DNA from: an uncultured bacterium
GTDB lineage: Bacteria; Margulisbacteria; WOR-1; CAZGTC01
Assembly: GCA_964528395.1 (NCBI GenBank)
Contig: CAZGTC010000005.1
Location: forward strand, 80,840-144,839
Direction of reading: 5' to 3'
DNA length: 64,000 nt
Shown: in pieces, positions 28,033 to 35,705 of the stretch
How positions within the stretch are numbered: position 1 is the stretch's first letter
How the letters are laid out: every line of letters starts with the position of its first letter
The notes under the pieces: model-generated
What the model was told of the DNA's origin: nothing
Databases searched by the model: none
The model's input: only the letters and a program-made list of their open reading frames with translations
Position numbers and translations under genes: made by a program

Positions 28033-29202
28033 ATGAAAAAAATATACATGGACCATGCAGCTACGACCCCTTGTGATAGCGAAGTTTTAGAGGCTATGCA
28101 GCCTTATTTTACGGAAGTTTTTGGCAATCCTTCTTCTTTGCACTCTTTTGGCCGGGAAGCAAAAAAAGCGATTAATGAAGCACGGGAAAAAGTAGCGGCT
28201 TTGATCGGGGCAGATCCTACGGAAATTATTTTTACTTCAGGCGGCACAGAATCCAATAACTTTGCACTGCAGGGCATTGCTTTTGCTAATGAAAGAAAAA
28301 ACCATATTATTACTTCAAAAGTAGAGCATGCGGCAATCTTAGAAACCTGTAAATTTCTAGAAAAAAGAGGGTTTCAAGTTACTTATTTGCCAGTGGATCA
28401 ATTTGGCATGATTAATCCAAAAGATGTAGCAACATTTATTACGGATAAAACGATCCTGGTTTCCATTATGCATGCAAATAATGAAGTCGGCACGATTGAA
28501 CCTATTGCGGAAATTGCTGAAATCGTTAAGAAAAAAGGAATTTATTTTCATACGGATGCAGTGCAGACAGTTGGCCAAATTCCAGTGAATGTAAACGAGC
28601 TAAAAGTTGATTTGCTCTCTGCTTCTTCCCATAAATTTTACGGACCAAAAGGCGTGGGTTTTCTTTATGTAAAAAAAGGCACAAAAATTACCCCGTTTTT
28701 ACATGGAGGGGAGCAGGAGAGGGGGCGGCGGGGTTCAACGGAAAATGTTCCAGGGATTGTGGGGTTGGGCAAGGCCGCAGAAATAGCAGCAAGGGACATG
28801 GGGTCAAGGGTTAAGCATCTTAAAAGTTTAAGAGATAAATTGATTGAAGGGATTTTAAAAAATATTCCGGATACGAAGCTCAACGGCCATCCGGAAAAAC
28901 GTTTACCCAAAAATGCGGACTTTTTGGTTAAATATATAGAAGGTGAATCCATGCTTTTGAAGCTGGACTTGGCTGGAATTGCGGTTTCAACCGGCTCTGC
29001 TTGCAGTTCGGGTTCGCTTGAACCATCGCATGTTCTTTTGGCCTGCGGAATAGATAAAGTTGATGCGCACGGGTCGCTGCGTTTTACCTTGGGCAAGAAT
29101 AATACAGAAGAAGATATTAACTATGTGTTAAGAGTTTTTCCAGAGATAGTTAGTAAGCTTAGAGAACTATCTCCATTATACGAGAAAGGAGTTTCTCGAT
29201 GA
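28033..29202 (+). CDS. iscS: Cysteine desulfurase (IscS/NifS)
   Basis: MDHAATTP at the N-terminus, SASSHKFYGPKG with the PLP lysine, and GSAC. Confidence 0.9.
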   Translation: MKKIYMDHAATTPCDSEVLEAMQPYFTEVFGNPSSLHSFGREAKKAINEAREKVAALIGADPTEIIFTSGGTESNNFALQGIAFANERKNHIITSKVEHAAILETCKFLEKRGFQVTYLPVDQFGMINPKDVATFITDKTILVSIMHANNEVGTIEPIAEIAEIVKKKGIYFHTDAVQTVGQIPVNVNELKVDLLSASSHKFYGPKGVGFLYVKKGTKITPFLHGGEQERGRRGSTENVPGIVGLGKAAEIAARDMGSRVKHLKSLRDKLIEGILKNIPDTKLNGHPEKRLPKNADFLVKYIEGESMLLKLDLAGIAVSTGSACSSGSLEPSHVLLACGIDKVDAHGSLRFTLGKNNTEEDINYVLRVFPEIVSKLRELSPLYEKGVSR

Positions 29203-29621
29203 GTGAAGGTTATAGTAATAAAGTGATGGATCATTTTGCGCATCCGCATAATATGGGAGAAATCCCAGATGCAGATGGGGTGGGAACTGTGGGAAATCCG
29301 ACCTGCGGCGATATTATGAAAATGTATATTAAGGTTAAGGATAATAAAATCGAGGACGTTAAATTTAAAACTTTTGGTTGCGGGGCGGCTATAGCAACTT
29401 CTTCCATTGCCACAGACCTGATCAAGGGAAAAACCATTGAAGAAGCGTTGAAGTTGACCAATCAAGCGGTGGTTGAAGCTTTGGACGGCTTGCCCCCAGT
29501 AAAAAGGCATTGTTCGGTCTTGGCAGAAGATGCGGTCAAAGCTGCGATTGACGATTACCTCAAGAAAACAACTGGCAAAGGCATCCCGGATTTTAAGCCC
29601 AGGTCAGATCATGAGCACTAA
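29199..29621 (+). CDS. iscU: Fe-S cluster scaffold IscU/NifU
   Basis: GNPTCGD, FKTFGCGAAIATSS and KRHCS motifs. Confidence 0.85.
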   Translation: MSEGYSNKVMDHFAHPHNMGEIPDADGVGTVGNPTCGDIMKMYIKVKDNKIEDVKFKTFGCGAAIATSSIATDLIKGKTIEEALKLTNQAVVEALDGLPPVKRHCSVLAEDAVKAAIDDYLKKTTGKGIPDFKPRSDHEH

Positions 29622-30774
29622 AGTTTTGGTAGCGATGTCGGGTGGGGTGGATTCCTCGGTTGCTGCAGCGCTTTTAAAAGAACAAGGCTACGAAGTTTAT
29701 GGCGCAACCATGCAGATCTGGCCGGATGAGTCCAAAAGAGAAGATGGTTGTTGTTCTCTTACTGCAGTAGAAGATGCGCGTCGGGTTTGCGAAATCTTAA
29801 ATATTCCCCATTATGTCTTTAATTTTAAGGATAAATTCAGAGATAAAGTAATCGAAAATTTTTGTGCAGAATATTTGTGCGGCAGGACGCCTAATCCCTG
29901 CATTCGTTGCAATCAATTTATAAAATTTGAAGATTTTATGCGAAGAGCTAAAGAATTGGATATCGAATATATTGCTACAGGACACTATGCCCGAATCGGG
30001 AAATCCAAATGTCAAATATCAAATGTCAAAACAAATCCAAAAACCAAAATCCAAAAATTCAAATATTCGTTGTTAAAAGGGCGGGATAAGCAGAAGGACC
30101 AGTCGTATGCGCTGTATATGATGGACCAGAAGACCTTGGCGCATACTTTATTTCCCATTGGCAATTTAACTAAGCCCGAGGTTCGAAAAATTGCAGAAAA
30201 ATATAAGCTGCCAGTGGCCAAAAAAAGCGAGTCGCAAGAAATTTGCTTTGTGCCGGACAAAAATTACACGGGTTTTATGGAAAAGTACTTAAGTAAAAAA
30301 GCCAAGCCCGGACCAATTGTTGATTTAACTGGTAAAAGATTGGGAACTCACAAAGGCTTGTGGTCATATACCATTGGCCAGCGCAAAGGCCTAGGGATTG
30401 CGCATCCGGTGCCATTGTATGTGATTAAAATTGATGTTAAAAAAAATCAATTGGTGGTTGGCGAGAAAAAAGATGTTTTGCAAAAAGAATTATTAGCTTC
30501 CAATGTTGTTTTTACGGCGGACACCTCGACTTCCTGCCTGCCGGCGGGCACGGCGCTCGGTGTCCGCGCCAAGATCCGCTACAATGATACTGAAAAGCCA
30601 GCTACTTTAAAAGTTCTTCCAAAAGGAAAGGCCAAAGTCACTTTTAAATCTCCCAAAGAAGCTATTACCCCTGGCCAGTCTGTGGTTTTTTATAAGGGGC
30701 AAGAGGTGTTGGGTGGGGGGATTATAATTTCGCCCGCCTCCTCCATTGACCTCCCCAGCACCAAAAACCCATGA
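29611..30774 (+). CDS. mnmA: tRNA-specific 2-thiouridylase MnmA
   Basis: VLVAMSGGVDSSVAA PP-loop and DQSYALY motif. I moved the start to MSTKVLVAMSGG. The gene contains a K-rich low-complexity insertion. Confidence 0.85.
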   Translation: MSTKVLVAMSGGVDSSVAAALLKEQGYEVYGATMQIWPDESKREDGCCSLTAVEDARRVCEILNIPHYVFNFKDKFRDKVIENFCAEYLCGRTPNPCIRCNQFIKFEDFMRRAKELDIEYIATGHYARIGKSKCQISNVKTNPKTKIQKFKYSLLKGRDKQKDQSYALYMMDQKTLAHTLFPIGNLTKPEVRKIAEKYKLPVAKKSESQEICFVPDKNYTGFMEKYLSKKAKPGPIVDLTGKRLGTHKGLWSYTIGQRKGLGIAHPVPLYVIKIDVKKNQLVVGEKKDVLQKELLASNVVFTADTSTSCLPAGTALGVRAKIRYNDTEKPATLKVLPKGKAKVTFKSPKEAITPGQSVVFYKGQEVLGGGIIISPASSIDLPSTKNP

Positions 30775-31271
30775 TTTTTCATGATGATAAAGTTGTTATT
30801 CCCCAGAACTTCCAAAACACTATCTACTAATTCAATGGTTCCATAGGGTTTTTCTTCTTTGGTTTCAATAGCGGTTTTTAAGTCTAATTTTTCGCAATTG
30901 TGGCCGTGAAAGACAGCGTTTATCTCTGGTCTTTTCTGATAGATAGCAAAATGCAAAAGGCTTTCAGAGGAGGGCTCCCTTGAGCCTTGTGCCGAGATTA
31001 AATTATTCTTAAAATCGCAGTTGATGACTTTTACAAAGCAATCATTAGTTAAATTATCTTTTAACCCGATCTTGGATCCAGTGATAATAAATTCATTTTG
31101 CCCTTCTTTTAACCGGAAGCTCAAATTTCCAAAAGATCCCCCTTCATAAGCTGGGGCTAAATTAAGATCATGGAATATTTTGCACCATTTTTTTAATTCC
31201 TCGATCCGGGGATCATTGGGGATTTCTCGAAAAACGAATTCAGTCTTAAATTTTACTCCGTGATATGTCAT
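30690..31271 (-). CDS. Class II aldolase/adducin-family protein (MtnB/FucA-like)
   Basis: GSFGNLSFR and PSSESLLHFAIY...HGH motifs. Overlaps the convergent mnmA gene by about 85 bp. Confidence 0.6.
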   Translation of the reverse strand: MTYHGVKFKTEFVFREIPNDPRIEELKKWCKIFHDLNLAPAYEGGSFGNLSFRLKEGQNEFIITGSKIGLKDNLTNDCFVKVINCDFKNNLISAQGSREPSSESLLHFAIYQKRPEINAVFHGHNCEKLDLKTAIETKEEKPYGTIELVDSVLEVLGNNNFIIMKNHGFLVLGRSMEEAGEIIIPPPNTSCPL

Positions 31272-32220
31272 GCGGATTAAAAATTCCTTTTTCTGTAATA
31301 ATGCCGGTGATAAATTTAGCAGGGGTTACGTCAAAAGCTGGGTTTAGGGCGCTTGAACCAGGAGAAGCAACACGGATTTTTTCTATGTAGAGAACTTCGT
31401 CTTGCGACCTTTCTTCAATGGGAATGTTTTTTCCAGACGAACAATTTAAGTCAATGGTTGAAGTCGGGGCTGCAATATAAAAAGGAACCCCATATTCTTT
31501 AGCACAAATGGCTTTTTCGAGTGTGCCAATTTTATTTGCGGTATCCCCATTTTTTGCAATGCGGTCTGCGCCAACAATCATTAAATTGATTTTCCCCTGG
31601 GACATATAATAAGCACCAGCATTATCTGGAATAATGGCATGAGGTACATTTTCATTCTTTAATTCCCAAGCAGTTAGCCGAGCGCCTTGGCTGCGGGGCC
31701 GGGTTTCATCCACATAAACAAAAACTTTTTTTCCAGCATTTTTCGCAGTATAAATAGGGGACAGGGCACTGCCATAATCTACAAAAGCCAGCCAGCCGGC
31801 ATTGCAATGGGTTTCGATATTGAACCCATCTTTTATCAGCGCATTTCCAAATTCCCCAATTTTTTTGCAATTATCGGCGTCTTCATCTGCAATGGCTTGG
31901 GCTTCTTTAACCGGGTCTTTGGAATTGTAAACTCGATTAGTTGCATAAAATAAGTTTTGGGCTGTGGGGCGGGTGGCTTCAATTTCTACCTTAGCCTTTT
32001 CCGGATTCCCTTCTAAAAAACCCTGGGCCATGGCAAAACCTGCAGCTGCGCCAATTGCGCCAGCCCCCCGGACAATCATGGTTTTTATGGCAAAACAGGT
32101 ATCGGCACAGGTTTTGGCTTCAAAAATCTTGAATTCAAAAGGCAGGAGGTTTTGTTCGATCAGGAAAACCGAGTTTCCATTCATCCAAACCGTTCTATAA
32201 TTTTTATCATTAACTTGCAT
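31246..32220 (-). CDS. eIF-2B alpha/beta/delta-like (e2b2) isomerase: methylthioribose-1-phosphate isomerase MtnA, or ribose-1,5-bisphosphate isomerase
   Basis: GAGAIGAAAGFAMA, RPTAQNL and IVGADRIAKNGDTANKIGT motifs. Confidence 0.75.
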   Translation of the reverse strand: MQVNDKNYRTVWMNGNSVFLIEQNLLPFEFKIFEAKTCADTCFAIKTMIVRGAGAIGAAAGFAMAQGFLEGNPEKAKVEIEATRPTAQNLFYATNRVYNSKDPVKEAQAIADEDADNCKKIGEFGNALIKDGFNIETHCNAGWLAFVDYGSALSPIYTAKNAGKKVFVYVDETRPRSQGARLTAWELKNENVPHAIIPDNAGAYYMSQGKINLMIVGADRIAKNGDTANKIGTLEKAICAKEYGVPFYIAAPTSTIDLNCSSGKNIPIEERSQDEVLYIEKIRVASPGSSALNPAFDVTPAKFITGIITEKGIFNPHDISRSKI

Positions 32221-32857
32221 GTTTAATTACGATTAATTGTCTTTTTAATTCGCCAATCTCAACTAGGATTTTTTTATCAATTATACCGCGATATTCTTTT
32301 AGCACGGGCAGGGCTTCTTTTATTTCTTCTTCGATATTTTCACCTTTTTGTGCGATAAATATTCCATTGGGCTTAAGATAGGGCAAGCAGTACTTTACTA
32401 GTTCGTTAAGCTTGGCTACAGCTCGGGCACACACAATATCAAAGCTGTTTTTATATTTATCCGGCAAATCTTCAGCCCGCTGCCAAATAACTTCAACATT
32501 TTGCAGGTTTAAAGCTTTGATTATATGTTCAAGGAAAGTAGTTTTCTTTTTCGTAGCTTCAACTAAAGTTAAATGGATTCCAGGGAAGGCGATTTTAAGC
32601 GGAATTCCGGGAAACCCTCCGCCAGTTCCAATATCTAAAACCTTTTGTTTCGTAAACTGAAGGGCTTTTGCCAAACTAAGGGAATCTAAAAAGTGCTTAT
32701 TTATAATATCTGGGTCTTCTGTTATAGCGGTTAAATTAAATTTCTGGTTCCATTCCTTTAACTCGCGCATAAAGGCCAAAAAAGAATTTGTCTGATGGCT
32801 AGACAGCTCAAGCCCTAGATTTTGCGCGCCTTTAGCTAGATTTCCCTCTAAATTCAT
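32210..32857 (-). CDS. rsmG: 16S rRNA (guanine527-N7)-methyltransferase RsmG/GidB
   Basis: FNLTAI and LDIGTGGGFPGIPL motifs. Confidence 0.85.
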   Translation of the reverse strand: MNLEGNLAKGAQNLGLELSSHQTNSFLAFMRELKEWNQKFNLTAITEDPDIINKHFLDSLSLAKALQFTKQKVLDIGTGGGFPGIPLKIAFPGIHLTLVEATKKKTTFLEHIIKALNLQNVEVIWQRAEDLPDKYKNSFDIVCARAVAKLNELVKYCLPYLKPNGIFIAQKGENIEEEIKEALPVLKEYRGIIDKKILVEIGELKRQLIVIKHAS

Positions 32858-32865
32858 AAATTGCC

Positions 32866-33002
32866 TTTAATTAACAATTAACAATGACCTCAATTAACAA
32901 TGTAGTGTCGCTTTCAGCGACTTATTGCTTTATAATAATTATATAATAATTAGTGCTGGAAGCACACATTGTTGTTAATTATTAATTGTGTAATTGTTAA
33001 TT
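32866..33002. promoter_or_regulatory. Divergent promoter region with three direct TTAACAAT repeats, a central hairpin and inverted ATTGTTAA copies. Probable operator array.
   Basis: Read directly from the sequence between rsmG and the ABC transporter substrate-binding protein gene. Confidence 0.5.
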
Positions 33003-33012
33003 GGAGTTAAAA

Positions 33013-33819
33013 ATGTTTCGAACATATGTATTTATGCTTTTAATTGTTATCTTAATGGGCAGTAGCCTTTGTGCTAAAACGTCTTCAAGCGTGATTTCCC
33101 TTGCTCCGAATATTACGGAGATCATATATTTTTTGGGAGTGCAGGATAAATTGGCTGGAGTTACAACTGCCTGCAATTTTCCATTGGAAGCTAGCAGAAA
33201 AGAAAAAGTTGGCGAATTTGGAAAGGTTAATGTTGAAAAAATTGTTAACTTAAAGCCAGGCCTCATTATAACTGCAAATTTTCCGGATTATCTTTTAGCC
33301 AAGCTCAAACCGTTTAAATATCAAGTCCTTAACTATAAAATGGAAACTATTGATGAGCTTTTGTCTTCAATGGAAGACATGGCTAAAAAACTAGGCGGCA
33401 ATGTTTCAAAGGTTGAGGAATTAAGACAAAGGGTCAAGGGGCAAGTAGCAAGGGGCAAGGATCGGCCGAAAGTTTTAGTCCTTATTTGGGATAAGCCATT
33501 AATGGCAGCAGGAGGCAAGTCTTTTTTGAATGAAATAATTTCCCTTGCTGGCGGGGAAAATGTTTTTAGCAAAATTCCGCAAGATTATCCCAAAGTTACC
33601 TATGAGCAAATTGTAGCGGCTAAGCCAGATATCGTGATTTTTACGCACAAAACTTCGAATTTAGAAAAATTTAAAAATTACAAAATTTATACTAATATCA
33701 ATCCAGACATTTTGCTGCGGCCCGGACCACGACTAATAACTGAAGGATTGGAACAGTTGATTCGAATCATCCAAACTAACCAAAAACCTGCGACTAAAGT
33801 CGCGGTTCCGAAAAAGTAA
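33013..33819 (+). CDS. ABC transporter periplasmic substrate-binding protein, iron-siderophore/cobalamin (BtuF/FepB) type
   Basis: Signal peptide and ISLAPNITEIIYFLG...LKPGLIITANF. I prefer the ATG at 33013 over the TTG at 33001. Confidence 0.75.
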   Translation: MFRTYVFMLLIVILMGSSLCAKTSSSVISLAPNITEIIYFLGVQDKLAGVTTACNFPLEASRKEKVGEFGKVNVEKIVNLKPGLIITANFPDYLLAKLKPFKYQVLNYKMETIDELLSSMEDMAKKLGGNVSKVEELRQRVKGQVARGKDRPKVLVLIWDKPLMAAGGKSFLNEIISLAGGENVFSKIPQDYPKVTYEQIVAAKPDIVIFTHKTSNLEKFKNYKIYTNINPDILLRPGPRLITEGLEQLIRIIQTNQKPATKVAVPKK

Positions 33820-33855
33820 GGAAGCCGAGACTTTAGTCTCAGGCTAATAAAAAAC

Positions 33856-34803
33856 ATGAAAAATTTAAGTTTGTTTTTATTATCAATTATTGTTCTTGTC
33901 TTTGTTATTCTACTAGCGCTGGCCCTTGGCCCGGTCCAACTGGATTGGAATAATCTTGGCGCTCAAGACCAGATGATCTTGTTTGATGTGCGCTTGCCGC
34001 GCGTTATTTTAGCGCTTTTGGTAGGGGCAGCACTGGCAGTTGCTGGATTAATTATGCAAAGCCTTTTACAAAATCCGCTGGCTGACCCATTTGTCCTTGG
34101 CGTTTCTTCTGGTGCGAGTTTGGGAGCTGTAATTGCTATGATCTTAGGTGTTTTTGTTTTGATAATTCCAGGGTTTGCTTTTGCGGGCGCGGTTTTTACC
34201 ATTAGCCTGGTCTATTTTTTGGCGCAGGGGCGCGGCCGGTTTTTGAACTTGAACCTGATTTTAGCGGGCTTAGTAGTAAATGCCTTTTTTTCTGCCTTGG
34301 TCATGTTTTTGATTTATATTTCAGGCTCCAAATTCCAAGGCATTATGTATTGGATCATGGGGGATTTGGGGGTTGGGGATAAAAATTTAATCTTGGCAGT
34401 GGCAATTGCGGTTTTGGCGGGGATTCTTTTGGCGCTTTTTTATTTTCGAGAGCTCAATATTTTAAGCGGGGGAGAAGAACAAGCCCTGCAGGTTGGTTTA
34501 GAAGTAGAAAAAACAAAAAAAGCGCTTTTCCTAATTGCTTCACTTTTAGCCGGAGCAGTGGTTTCTATCTCTGGAGTAATTGGATTTGTAGGCTTGATTA
34601 TTCCGCATGCCGTGCGCTCGGTTTTTGGCTTGAACCATAAAATTTTGATTCCTGCGTGCGCGGTTTGGGGCGCGATTTTTCTTATCCTCGCAGATATTTT
34701 ATCCCGCATATTAATTCCTAATGTGGAAATGCCGATTGGCGTAGTAACTGCTTTATTCGGCGGTCCTTTTTTCTTATATTTGATGCGAAGGCAAGCTAAA
34801 TGA
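33856..34803 (+). CDS. FecCD-family ABC permease
   Basis: About nine transmembrane segments and FecCD-like sequence throughout. Confidence 0.85.
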   Translation: MKNLSLFLLSIIVLVFVILLALALGPVQLDWNNLGAQDQMILFDVRLPRVILALLVGAALAVAGLIMQSLLQNPLADPFVLGVSSGASLGAVIAMILGVFVLIIPGFAFAGAVFTISLVYFLAQGRGRFLNLNLILAGLVVNAFFSALVMFLIYISGSKFQGIMYWIMGDLGVGDKNLILAVAIAVLAGILLALFYFRELNILSGGEEQALQVGLEVEKTKKALFLIASLLAGAVVSISGVIGFVGLIIPHAVRSVFGLNHKILIPACAVWGAIFLILADILSRILIPNVEMPIGVVTALFGGPFFLYLMRRQAK

Positions 34804-35552
34804 TAAAAGCGAATAATTTAAGAGTTAATTATGGCAGCCGGGCAGTTTTGAAAGATCTGTGTTTTCAAGTTGATCCTGGGAAAATCACCGGAATCCTTGG
34901 GCCGAATGGCTCGGGAAAAACAACTTTGTTGAAAACCTTCTATCGCGCGGTAAAAATTATAAGCGGCGATATTTTTTTAGCGGACCAAAATATTCATTCT
35001 TTAAACCAAAGAGAAATTGCAAAAATTGTTGGGGTAGTGCCGCAAAAAATAGAAGCGCAATTTCCCTTTACCGTGCGAGAAATAGTTAGCCAAGGACGAT
35101 ATCCTTATTTAAATAAGTTGGCTCCGCTTCATAAGAAGGATAATGAGGCTATCGATAAAGCATTAAAATTAACCGATAGTTTTGATTTATCCAATCGTTT
35201 TGTAAATGAGTTGAGCCAAGGGGAGGCGCAGAGAGTTTTTATTGCTCGGGCTTTGGCTTCTGAACCCCAAATTTTACTTCTGGATGAGCCGACTTCAAAT
35301 CTTGATATAAACCACGAAATAGAGTTAGCTCGCTTGTTAAAAAAACTGCAAGGGGAGGGGCTTTCAATTGTTTTAGTTTCGCATGATTTGAATTTAGCTG
35401 CACAAATTTGCGATAAGGTTTTTCTCTTGAAGGCCGGGCGGGTTCTTTGTCAAGGAACTCCACGCGAGGTTTTAACTTCTGCCAACATACAAGAGATTTT
35501 TCAGGCGGATGTTAGCGTTGATTCTGCTTCTCGCGTGTTTTGGAATATTTAA
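34800..35552 (+). CDS. ABC transporter ATP-binding protein (FepC/BtuD-like)
   Basis: GPNGSGKTTLL Walker A, LSQGEAQR signature and LLLDEPTSNLD Walker B. Confidence 0.85.
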   Translation: MIKANNLRVNYGSRAVLKDLCFQVDPGKITGILGPNGSGKTTLLKTFYRAVKIISGDIFLADQNIHSLNQREIAKIVGVVPQKIEAQFPFTVREIVSQGRYPYLNKLAPLHKKDNEAIDKALKLTDSFDLSNRFVNELSQGEAQRVFIARALASEPQILLLDEPTSNLDINHEIELARLLKKLQGEGLSIVLVSHDLNLAAQICDKVFLLKAGRVLCQGTPREVLTSANIQEIFQADVSVDSASRVFWNI

Positions 35553-35705
35553 TATGCAGCTTGTGTCCTCGGTTCTGAAAAGTAAAATTATTTCTCGCTA
35601 TGAAATTTTTTATAATTTTGTTCGATAGAAAATCAAGGAGATAGGCGCGAGGGCAAAGCCCGAGCCTATGTTCTATATAGCTAGAATAAAAAGGTTGCTG
35701 ACCTA

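Noticed and set aside
32866-33000. Cobalamin riboswitch upstream of the BtuF-like ABC transporter
   Set aside because: No B12-box (GCCACTG-like) or other conserved riboswitch core is visible. The region is dominated by short DNA repeats more consistent with a protein operator.
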